Below the pieces are notes generated by a model that saw only the letters and a list, made by a program, of their open reading frames with translations, made no database searches and had not been told where the DNA came from. From a virus (taxonomy: Duplodnaviria > Caudoviricetes), in IMG/VR virus record IMGVR_UViG_3300028548_005859, positions 1-32,845 of that record: 32,845 bases of DNA; one strand, written 5' to 3'. Shown here in pieces: positions 7,299 to 17,700 of this stretch. The position numbers and the translations under genes were made by a program. The number at the start of each line of letters is the position of its first letter. The stretch's first letter is position 1.

Positions 7299-9677
7299 TT
7301 ATCTAGCCCGAGCCTGGGAAACGCCTACCCCGCCTAATGGAGCTTCGCCCCAAGCACTAAATAGATTTTTTGGTACTGCACCGTTTATGTCGGCCGACGA
7401 TTCCCTCAATTTAAAGCCATTAGATAATATGTCGATATCGATCAGATCTATTTCAATAACCGCATCACGAGCAAATATAATTCCGTCTGTCGCTGTGTTA
7501 AACGGGTTTTGACCTGTATCGTACCAGTAGCCATTTCTATTACCGTCAAATCTTCTGATGAAAATAGCTCTTGGCCGAAAACCGCACCACACAAAAGACC
7601 CATCAGCAGCAGCATTACCCAAGTAGCTCCCATGCCTTTGATATCCAGGAACATCAGCGAATACATAGGCTACATAGGTGCCATTTTCAGTATTGCCAGC
7701 ATTGTCAACAACAAAAACACTGGCGTTATGAGTTGCAGCAAAATAAGAACTAGAACTTGTTTCAGTTCCACGCCCTGTAGTACTCATCGGAATATTAAAA
7801 TTATCCCCTGTTAAGGCTGTATGCCATGCAAAGGTAGCCGCTCCAGTATCTCGACGAATTACTATAATAAATCCAGGCTTTACACCTAAATTGTGCGAAA
7901 TCGACTGCGTGCCACTGGCATTTCCAGTATATGTTACGATATCAAAACCTTCAGTCGCGCCCTCTTTGAATCCCACTAACGTATTTGGGCTTGTATTAGT
8001 ATTATATTGTCCGTCAGTACCAAGAGTAACGCCGTCAGCGTTAAAAGATTTGACGCCTTGTGCTACTGTATTTTCTCCAGCAGCAGAAGAAAATGGCATT
8101 TCTTTTGTAGCACCTCGAATGGTATCTACAAAATTCCAGTCAGAAGAACCGCTATGATCTTTTACCCAAACTGCGTTAGGAGATAGTGCTGTATTGCCTC
8201 CAAATGCGCGAACGTTTTCTGCTCCTGTGCCAGTAAAAGTCTGAGCGTTCATTGCCGCGCTTGGGTCTTTGATTGCTGGTTCGGGCAAATTAGCGGTGCA
8301 TAAAGTTTTATAATCACTATCAGAAGGTTCGTATCCTTGCTGACCAAAATCAACGTCACACTCTGTGTCAAATGCTGATATGCAAAGCCAGTATTCAACA
8401 TTTGCAGGGATGCTTCCTAAAGCACTTCCATAAGCAGAACCCTCCACATTTATTTGCATGGTATTATTATCAGCATCATAAAGATATTCAAGTACATCGC
8501 CGGAGACAGGGGCAGTTGCGGTGTGATGCGTTTGAACACCTGCAGCTTCAAATTCGAAATTAAAAACTCCATCGCTCAGATTTCCTAGACCAAACATCGT
8601 GAATGAACCAGCGTCGGCAGGCGCAAAATGTGTCCGTGATTGCTGGGGAACGCCAGCCGCATCTCGTCCAAGACATATCTGAAACTCATTTGAACTGCCT
8701 ACAGATCCCGTGAGAGTGATTTGTACTCCCCATTTGCCGGTTGTAGGGAAGGGTATACTTGCCACAGCACCTTCATAGCTCCCTGCCTCGGAATGTGCTG
8801 TAAGATTACCGTTTGTGAGAGTAAGTAATGTCACTCCACAAGGGGAAATAGGTGACATTACTGCGTAGTTACCTGAAAAATTATCAGCATCGTCAGCTGG
8901 GGAATCTAATAATGTGTCGTTATCAGCAATGCCTGACGCAGCCCAATGATTTGCTTCTCCACTGGTGTCAGTTCCTGGCCCATTACCCGACGATTCAAGA
9001 ATTTTCATCTCCAAATAATAGCCATTGTCGCCAAACGTAAGCGATTGATCTGCTATGGAGATAGCTCTCCATCCCCCATTTGAATCGAATTCGCCAAAGC
9101 TGTTGGCTAGTAATCCTTGGCCATCAATCCACACAATTTCTGCTAGAAGCCCACTATAGAAGTTGCCTCCATTATGATCCTCTCCAATTTTATGAGCGCA
9201 AGCAGAGTTCCAACCAGGCACATCTGCCCCAGAATCGGGTTGGTTGTCGGTTGAGAAATCAGTGATTCTCACGCCGTTAACGAATATTTGGCTTCGATTG
9301 CCATTTCCTCGGCTCGTATCCATTGACCAGACAAAATTATACCAGGCTGACGTATCTAGAAATTTTTGAGTGGTAACCTGATTCACCGTTCCAGTCGCAT
9401 CGACAAAACTAAGGTTTCCAGCTGTTAAAAATTGCATCTGATGATCGTTGCCATCAGTGCAAGAAAATATTTTACAATTACTTTCATTGGGGTTACCTCT
9501 TTTAAGCCACCAACTAAGAGTAAATGCTTTTTGAGAAGTTGGAGTTCCAAACGTCAAATCCATATGAGCAGAATCACCTGGATTAAATCTAAGAGAATTT
9601 GAAACTGCATAACCGGCAGCTGATGGGGGAGTACTGGCAGTACCAAAACCAAGGACATTATATCCAAAACTTGTCAT
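7299..9677 (-). CDS. Putative receptor-binding/adhesin protein (792 aa): LamG/concanavalin-like + SPRY-like + YTGN-type beta repeats
   Basis: SLRFN...FTLSWWLKRG...WYNFV...IFVNG...GLLAE (LamG-like), LTNGNL...GKW...VDFGQ (SPRY-like), and FTGTG/YTGNA/YLGNA repeats with HNLGVKPGFII. Visibly more GC-rich than its neighbours. Confidence 0.72.
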   Translation of the reverse strand: MTSFGYNVLGFGTASTPPSAAGYAVSNSLRFNPGDSAHMDLTFGTPTSQKAFTLSWWLKRGNPNESNCKIFSCTDGNDHQMQFLTAGNLSFVDATGTVNQVTTQKFLDTSAWYNFVWSMDTSRGNGNRSQIFVNGVRITDFSTDNQPDSGADVPGWNSACAHKIGEDHNGGNFYSGLLAEIVWIDGQGLLANSFGEFDSNGGWRAISIADQSLTFGDNGYYLEMKILESSGNGPGTDTSGEANHWAASGIADNDTLLDSPADDADNFSGNYAVMSPISPCGVTLLTLTNGNLTAHSEAGSYEGAVASIPFPTTGKWGVQITLTGSVGSSNEFQICLGRDAAGVPQQSRTHFAPADAGSFTMFGLGNLSDGVFNFEFEAAGVQTHHTATAPVSGDVLEYLYDADNNTMQINVEGSAYGSALGSIPANVEYWLCISAFDTECDVDFGQQGYEPSDSDYKTLCTANLPEPAIKDPSAAMNAQTFTGTGAENVRAFGGNTALSPNAVWVKDHSGSSDWNFVDTIRGATKEMPFSSAAGENTVAQGVKSFNADGVTLGTDGQYNTNTSPNTLVGFKEGATEGFDIVTYTGNASGTQSISHNLGVKPGFIIVIRRDTGAATFAWHTALTGDNFNIPMSTTGRGTETSSSSYFAATHNASVFVVDNAGNTENGTYVAYVFADVPGYQRHGSYLGNAAADGSFVWCGFRPRAIFIRRFDGNRNGYWYDTGQNPFNTATDGIIFARDAVIEIDLIDIDILSNGFKLRESSADINGAVPKNLFSAWGEAPLGGVGVSQARAR

Positions 9678-9689
9678 GTTTTATTTTCC

Positions 9690-11558
9690 TTAAGCGTCAT
9701 TTGCAGCATCAGTAGTAAAGAATAGTTTTATACCTATAAGTCGTGCGTCACCAGATTGATTGTCAGCAGATACATCTCTAGCTATTTGAAAGAAACAACA
9801 ATCTGCAACAGCAGGAGAACCTGCAATTGTTATTGCACCACTTTCTACTGAAACCATTAAATCATTTGATGTACCACTATGTGCAAGTGCAGTAGTAACA
9901 ACAGCAGTACCAAATGCTGTATTAATAGTATCATCACTTGACATAGCAATACCGCTTAAGGCCCATGCAACTGTTCCTGTGTTAGTACCTGTTACTGTCC
10001 AAAAAGGTTGAAAAGTAACTGTTCCTTCATTCCACGATTTAGGAAATGCTATACTAAATTGTGCAAAATCATCTGCCCCTGTTGCAAAATCTAATACTTT
10101 TAGATCAGGTCTTAATGCAGTTGTTTCTACTTGAGTTATATCAGAGCATGGATTAGTTGTACTTGGGTACATAGCAGCAGATGGAACCCATATAGATTCT
10201 TTTCCAACAGTTTTTATAACTGCACTAGCTACAGTTGCACCAGCAGTATCAAGGTCTACTGTACCATCTGCAGCAATTGCAATCGCACCAGCAGTAGTAG
10301 CAGTACCAATAGTACAAGCGTCTTTGAGTAGTATGTCATCAACAAAGGTTACTATACCTGTTGATGCAATTGTAATAGCAGAAGTTGAACTAGTAACACC
10401 GATTGTTGCAGCATCCTTTAGAATAATATCATCAACGAATGTTACAATACCACTTGATGCAATTGTAATAGCAGTTGTAGCAGAAGCTGCTCCTATGGTT
10501 CCACCATCTTTAATAAGAATATCATCTACAAAGGTAACGATACCACCAGAACTAATCGTCATAGCAGTTGCAGCACCAGCACTACCTATAGTACCAGCAT
10601 TTTTTACAAGGATATCATCTACAAAGGTAACGATACCACCAGATGAAATTGTCATTGCAGTCGGTGCAGAAGCAGTACCAATTGTACCACCGTCTTTAAT
10701 TGTAATATCATCTACAAAAGAAACAATACCAGTAGAAGCAATTGTGATAGCAGAGGTTGAACTTGCAACACCAATCGTTGCGGCATCTTTTAAAATTAAA
10801 TCGTCTACAAGGGTTACAATACCAGTAGAGGCAATTGTGATAGCAGAGGTTGAACTTGCAACACCAATTGTTGCAGCGTCCTTTAAAACAATATCATCAA
10901 CGAAAGTAACGATACCTGTAGATGCAATTTGCATTGCGGCTGTTGAAGAAGCAGAACCAATATTACCATTATCAGGAAGTAACACACCACCATCAGCAGA
11001 AAGCGTAATAGTAGTTGCAGAGATTGCTCCGTTAAATATTGCTTTACCAGCATCACTCATATCAAGAGTAAGAGCAGTTATATCAGTAGTATTATCTGTA
11101 CCTTTAAAGATAATATCTGTATCACCAGCCTGTGCATCAATAGTAATATTACCAGCTGAAGTAGCAATACTTACAGCAGCATCACCGGCAGAAATATTAT
11201 CTGCGGCCGGAGCTCCAACTCCCAAATTTGCTGGAGTGATTTTTTTAAGAACACCACCATCATTGATAAGAATATGATCAGCGTCAGAAACACTAGTTGT
11301 TGTAGTACCAACTGCCGCATTACCAGTAGTAATAAGTGTGCCTGTAATATCAGGAATTGTGATTGTACGGTCAGTAGTAGGATCAGTTGCAAGAAGAGTT
11401 GTCTCATTTGCATCAGCAGTAGAACCCTCAAAAACAATTGAAGATACAAACTGATTACCTCCAGCAATACCATCAACATCACTTATTAGGTTGTTAAACT
11501 GAACTCTCAGTTCTTCTAGACTGTCACTAGGTAGAATTGCACTTGCTTCGATTGCCAT
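9690..11558 (-). CDS. Fibre stalk protein (622 aa) with 31-aa tandem repeats and a globular C-terminal domain
   Basis: N-terminal helix SDSLEELRVQFNNL, an FEGSTADANETTL...DPT.DRTITIPD module, 7 full repeats plus a partial one, and a C-terminal GKESIWVP...FPKSWNEGT...FTTDAANDA domain. Confidence 0.75.
   Translation of the reverse strand: MAIEASAILPSDSLEELRVQFNNLISDVDGIAGGNQFVSSIVFEGSTADANETTLLATDPTTDRTITIPDITGTLITTGNAAVGTTTTSVSDADHILINDGGVLKKITPANLGVGAPAADNISAGDAAVSIATSAGNITIDAQAGDTDIIFKGTDNTTDITALTLDMSDAGKAIFNGAISATTITLSADGGVLLPDNGNIGSASSTAAMQIASTGIVTFVDDIVLKDAATIGVASSTSAITIASTGIVTLVDDLILKDAATIGVASSTSAITIASTGIVSFVDDITIKDGGTIGTASAPTAMTISSGGIVTFVDDILVKNAGTIGSAGAATAMTISSGGIVTFVDDILIKDGGTIGAASATTAITIASSGIVTFVDDIILKDAATIGVTSSTSAITIASTGIVTFVDDILLKDACTIGTATTAGAIAIAADGTVDLDTAGATVASAVIKTVGKESIWVPSAAMYPSTTNPCSDITQVETTALRPDLKVLDFATGADDFAQFSIAFPKSWNEGTVTFQPFWTVTGTNTGTVAWALSGIAMSSDDTINTAFGTAVVTTALAHSGTSNDLMVSVESGAITIAGSPAVADCCFFQIARDVSADNQSGDARLIGIKLFFTTDAANDA
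10251..10961 (-). repeat. 93-nt (31-aa) tandem repeat, 7 full + 1 partial copies
   Basis: Consensus IG.ASSTSAITIASTGIVTFVDDI.LKD..T. The DNA period is seen at attgtgatagcagaggttgaacttgcaacacc, positions 10741 and 10834. Confidence 0.95.
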
Positions 11559-11788
11559 TATTGATTACCCACTAACTTTTTTAAGAGAGATTTTATTTCA
11601 TACATCTCTGACTTTAATGTATTTATATCTCTTGTGGTGTCTCTTATTGTATCTCTTGCTTTTTGTGCTTCTGAAGCTCTTTGTTTTGCTCTATCATAAG
11701 CACCACGATTACGATTTACTATTGCACCAGAATTTATATCCCTAGATAAATCAGGATGTCCTTCTACCTTAATAAATTTACTTTCCAT
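11558..11788 (-). CDS. Small coiled-coil protein (76 aa) of the type found after VrlC-like genes in marine T4-like phages
   Basis: KVEGHPDLSRDINSGAIVN followed by a heptad-like INTLKSEMYEIKSLLKKLV. Starts 1 nt after the VrlC-like stop and has a TAATG overlap with the 622-aa gene. Confidence 0.75.
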   Translation of the reverse strand: MESKFIKVEGHPDLSRDINSGAIVNRNRGAYDRAKQRASEAQKARDTIRDTTRDINTLKSEMYEIKSLLKKLVGNQ

Positions 11789-11789
11789 C

Positions 11790-14700
11790 TTATGTTACCA
11801 AAGCCATTGCTCGAAATTCACTAATTCTTGGTGGTTCAGCTGAATTTGTTCCTTGCATGATAATTTTTATTTGAAATGATATGAACTCATCTAGTGATTC
11901 ACCAATACCGTCATCTGTAACACCACCAGTATAACTATATTCTCTAAAGTCTTCATTGTCAGCAGAAGCAGGAACAACTTCATCAGGTGAACCATCTGTA
12001 TTAAAATTTGTATAACCAAGATCATCAAAGTCAGATGCATCATCTGTTCTTAGAAGTTTAAATAAAACTTTAATTTCAGAAGTTGCAGGCCTATGAGCAG
12101 AAAATAATACTTTCAATGCACTTGCAGGATTTTCTAGCGCAATTTGTTTTGTGATATAAATTGCAGCATTATTATCACCTTCTGGTTCTGTTGAAGGAAA
12201 GAAGTCTGTTGTTGGATAAACATCTGATGATGTATCTATATTATCTAACCTATTTGAGATTGCAAATAAAGATGTTCTTTGTAAATCAATAACAGGAGAA
12301 ACAGTAGTAGATGTTGTTGTTAATTTTATTGGTATAAATAAAGATTTTATTCCACTTAGTTCATTAGTTTCATTAATACCAGAACACACCATGTGTGGTA
12401 AGTCAAATTTATAGTTATCATTTAGTGGTATTGTTCTTGCATTTGCAGCACTCAAGGTAGAGAAAGAAGTTTGAGCTCCAGAAGCACTTGTTGAAGTTGT
12501 AGGTCTAATACTCGTTTCAATTGTAGTTCCAGGCAACTCTAATGAACCAATCATAGTTTGTACATAATCTATAATAGCATTTTCTGTAGCAGTTATAACA
12601 CTACCACCAATTTCAGCAACACCACTTTTAGCAAATGTTAAAACAACATTATCACTTAATGATTCAGCACCACTTAATACAAGAGTGTTTTGGTTTGTAA
12701 CTGTAGTAACTGTTATGCCTGAATCAACTCCAGTTCCAGAAACGGACATTCCTACTTCAATAGTTCCTCTATTACCATCTACTACTAGAGCAGTTGTACT
12801 ACTGATAGCACCATTAACCAGTGCTGTAGCACCATTAATAACAGGAGGAGATGTTAGAGTTATTGTATAACTATCAATTCCAATATTTGCAAGTGATGTA
12901 TGAGTTTTATTGATCTCTGTCAAAGGTACTCTATGTATAATATAAAGTTCAACAGTTGCACCGTCAGCATGAGTAGCTGCGGTTGTACTATTTTCTCCTC
13001 TAGAAAGAACAGAAACATTGTTTCCAGATATTGCAGTATATTTCATTATCTCATCATCAATTTTAATAAACCATTCTGATGATGCACTATTTGCATATTT
13101 ACCAGTAGTATCATCAAAGTTAGTTCCACTAGTTAGAGTTAATGTTGCAGCTGTAGCAGTTATATCACCATTAAGTGTTGTAGAAGCACCAGACTTTACA
13201 CCATCAATAGTAACATTATTACTAGTAGAATACATATGGTGATCTATGTGTTTAACTTTTACAGTAGTACTACCATCTTCTAAAAATATAGAGTTTACAG
13301 CTAAAGTTCTTACAGGAATTACTGTATTTTGCATAGTTAAAGTTCCACTAGTATTAGCTTTAAATTTTGCAGTCTTTAATTTAAACTTCAAATCTTCTAA
13401 GAAAGACGGGGCCCAAGTACTATTATTACTAGATTTAAATAAAACACCAGTATGAGGTTGTTCAGATATAGTTCTTGTTCCACCAATATCTGTCTCTCCC
13501 ATTCGAGCAACCCAAACTTTATATTCTTGTGAGACTGATATTACTGAAATACAATACTCAGTGCCAGGTTTTACATATACTGGAGATTTAAAAGTAAATG
13601 TTGTTGCAGTTGCTCCAGTATTAGATGTATTGATATCTGATGCGTCTTTAATTACTCTACCAAATGGTAATATCTTTTTGCCAGGATAACCGTTAATAAC
13701 ATTTCTAATTTCTACTCTCATTGGAAGAGTTTCATCTTTATCAGAGAAAAAAAGATCAAGAGAAGTAATAAATCTTCCATCTGAACCTGATGATCCCTGC
13801 ACAGTAAATGTTTGAGAAAGAGGATCATCACCATCATCATCACCAATCTGGAAAACATCTCTGGATATAACTCTTGATGTTGAACTTGATTGATTTAAGG
13901 CTGTTTGTACAACTGTAGCATTTCTAGTTGCAATAATTGTCTCTTGTTCAGTTTCTAAAATACCTTTAGCTGTATATATTGCATTTCCAGCAGTAGTAAG
14001 GGAATCTGTTAAAGCGTCAGCTGTAGAGTTTGTATCAGCTGATGCATCACTTCCAGTAAGATTTTTAGAACTTGATGTTAATCTGAACTGAACTTCTCCA
14101 GTTGAAAATTTAAGATTACCATCTATTTTTGGGTCTGGTATTACAAAAGTTCCTTCAACTTTACCAACATTTGTTGTTATTAAAGGACTTCCAGCAATAA
14201 CAGTTGTATCTGTTGAATAGGTATTATTCAAAGGAGTAACATGAACATTTACATCTAATTTATCAAAGAATACAAAAAGTTTTGTATTTGGTCTAAATCC
14301 TGTGCCAATAAAACTTATAGTTCGAGCTCGCATTACAGGAATAAGGGCTCTGCTAACTACACGTAATCCTTGTGCTTCTCTATCAACCTGTTCAATAACA
14401 TTAGTACGTATTCCAGTTCTACTTCGATCTGTTCTGACTGAAGTAGTTGTTCTACCAAGTCCAGAAGCACCTTGAGGATCGTCAGCACGAAGAATTTCAG
14501 TTCTAGATGTTGTACCTGACCATTGAGTTTGCCAAGCGTTCCAAATAGTTCCTATTTGATTTTCAACTGAAGCTGTAACCGCATTAAAATTTCCATCAAC
14601 ATTAATAATAAGTTCTGGAGCTACTTCTGTTTCAAACCATTCGTCACTGTCAGGTGATAATTCAATTGTACCAACCCATTCGTGAGATAAAAATGGTGCT

Positions 14701-17700
14701 ACTTTTTCAATTCTAGATGCATAAGGTTGTTCTGTAAAAGTTTCTTCTGTATAAGGAAGAGTTATAAGATCACCAGTTTTTTGATATCCAGCCAAAGTTC
14801 TTTCTACATCTGTAGAAACACTTTCTTCTATAAATAACCCTTTGGTTACGTGTTTAGGACGTAAATGACCTAACTGCATATCCATAGCACACTTATAATC
14901 TTTATGTGCAACGTCACCAAGTCTGTGGCCACTAAAGTTATCAACTACAAAACCAGACTTAAATCTACTAAGACCATTTGCATCTGTAACCTCAAAAGAT
15001 TCAGCATCCCTCTCTAATAAATTAAGAGCAGTATAATACTCAACATGATCTAATCGTCTTTCTATTTCACCAATATCTTTCATAGTGAATCTTTGATTTC
15101 TTTCTCTTTGTATTTGTACATCTGTAGGTTTAAATGTAAATGCTGGTAAAAATAATGTTGCTAGTTTCATAGATGAATCTGGAGATTTTGGTGTAATTGG
15201 TTCTTCTGCACCAACACCCTCAACAACATTAATAAAACCTTCAGCATCCATAGATAATACAGCAATTTTTGATAAAAAGAATTCAAAATCACTTTGAATA
15301 GTTGATCCAGGTTTACAAACATCTACAGTAGAAGAACCAGCTCCATCATATTGTCTATGGAAAAAATCAAAAGAGTTTCCTGTAATTTCATCTATAGTTG
15401 ATAATGTAGATGATGCTCCTAATATATCTTCAACTCTTGGACGGAAATCGTATGTATCCATAAGAGGAAAATCACCAGAAGGTTTAGGAGCATCTGGATC
15501 AACTTTCGTTGCAGAATATGTTGGAATATCTTCAAAGTCCATCTGATTTGCAACATCAGTATAAGAATCAACTGTCATTACGTCACCAGAACCATGTTCT
15601 AAATAATCATGTATTACTAACAAACGTCCAGTTGGAGCAGAACTGCCGGGGCGTCTTACAATTCTAGCAATATCATAATAGTTATCTCGTTGTCCAGTAT
15701 CTAGAGTATATCTACTAGTAACAACATCACTACCATCAGTTGTTGCTGAAACTATTCCAGTTGCCGTAGAAGATTCTCCTGTTATCGTATCAAAAGTGCT
15801 AAATTTAGTATTATTTGTAGATACAAAACTAATAGGACTTGATGTAGAAATAATTCTTGCTGTAGCACCAGAAAAAGAACCAGTTATTTTTTCACCTCTT
15901 GTGAATGTTCCCGAAATTGTTCCTATAGTTAAAGTTGGCGCAGAAGCATCTACAGATACATCTTCTGAGTCAAATACTGCTGCCAAATTAAATACATCAG
16001 CTCTACCTAGTGATACAATTTTATCTGTAGGTCTTGTACCAAATGCATCTGTTGCACCAGTTACAACCTTAACTTGTTTCATAAGGTTAGTTGTTTTTGT
16101 TTTATGTGATACTGAAGTTTTAAGGATTGTTGCAAATAATTTAACTTTTGCAGAATCAGCAAGAATAGTATCGTCTGTAACTGTAAGTGCAGCAGTACCA
16201 ACTCCAGAAGTTTTTCCTGATAAAGTTACAAGATCACCTTGAACTCCACTACCATCTCCTGCTGCAAGAATAGACATTGTGAAATCTTTTTCTGCAAAAG
16301 ATGCAAATGTTTCGTTTGAACCAGCAGAGAATGTTACAACACCAGAAGCGTTTGTTGTTCCTACAAACTGCCTTCTTACTGTGTATTGAGTATCGGTTGC
16401 TCCACCATTACTTGCAGTTAAAAGTGTTTTAATAACTTTTTTTGGAAGTTTAAATATAGACCTATTTTTTTGTGCATCTTTAAGTCTTGCAAAAGTAGGA
16501 GTTTCTCTACCAATAGCTTCGATACCAAGGTCTTCTTCTTCAATAACATCACTACCAGCATCAGCACCATTTCCATCTGTGCCATCCAAAATAATAGAAC
16601 CTTCTTCACCAGATGCAGCTTCCAATACAAAGTCTGCTGTAAAGTCTTGTCCATTATCAATATCTTGCATATGTACTGATCTCAAATCGGAGAAAGTATT
16701 TGATGTTACTGTAGCAACTGTAATATCTACATCTCCAACAGTTTCAATAATTCCACCTACCTCTGATGAATCAGATGCTACAAGTTTTTCACCAACTACA
16801 AATGTTCCAGCAACATTTGTTAAATTAATACTTGTTATAGAAGTTCCACTTTCAAATACAAATCCAGTTGCACCAGAAGTAGCACCAGTAATTAAAACAC
16901 CACCATTTGCATGAGAGGCAATTAATGTAGGACTTGGTGTTCCACTTAATGTTAACTTTGTAAATGGACGTATATCAAACATATAAAGTTTGTATATAGA
17001 AGTATTATTAGAAGAACTTGCTCCAGCTGCACCAGATGAAAATTCTATTGATCTTGCACGAGCAACACCAATCAATTCCCCTCTTGCTGAACCTCTAGTA
17101 AGAATAGTATCATTATATAATTCTAGAGTTTTAAATGCTGTAGATTCACCACTAATAAATGTTACGTCAGGTGTTCCAAAAATATTTGTAATAAATGCAA
17201 AGTTACCTAAATCAAAAGTAGATATACCAGCATTAATCGTTTCAAAATCTCTGGCCTTATTAACATCTTTAAATGTCGGTGCAATTTTTTCTATTTCAAA
17301 ACCACTAACATATGCTTTTCCTGGGCTTACTTGTAATGATAATAAACTTGAACTTGCAGTATTTCCATCATCTGTTGTAGATCCATTTGCAAATGTACCA
17401 ATAAAATCTTCATTACCAACACTAGTTGTAACAGACTCCTTTGAAGAAAATTGAAATGGCCTAACTGTATAGTTACCAGATTCATCAAATGTTCTTCTTG
17501 CAAGAGTTTCTTCTAAAACAGAATATTCTGTATTTCTAACTTGTGTTTGTATAACACCATCTTTTACATTCATCAGTTCTACAAAAGTACTATCTGCTTC
17601 TGAATTTCTATCAAGTTTAGCTAATGCCAAACTAATCTGTAAACGATGAGCACCTTTTGCTGCAAAGTTTGAAGAACCTGTAGAATTATCTAAAAGAGAT

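Noticed and set aside
7273-7299. Inverted repeat AATTATCA...TGATAATT as a terminator after the 792-aa gene
   Set aside because: The stem is nearly all A/T with a long loop and no convincing U-tract, too weak to call.
10251-10961. Tandem array as a possible CRISPR or mini-array
   Set aside because: The period is 93 nt, in frame, with variation at synonymous sites. There is no constant repeat/unique spacer structure.
10324-11277. 317-aa plus-strand repetitive ORF
   Set aside because: Mirror of the 93-nt repeat in the 622-aa gene, with no independent coding evidence.
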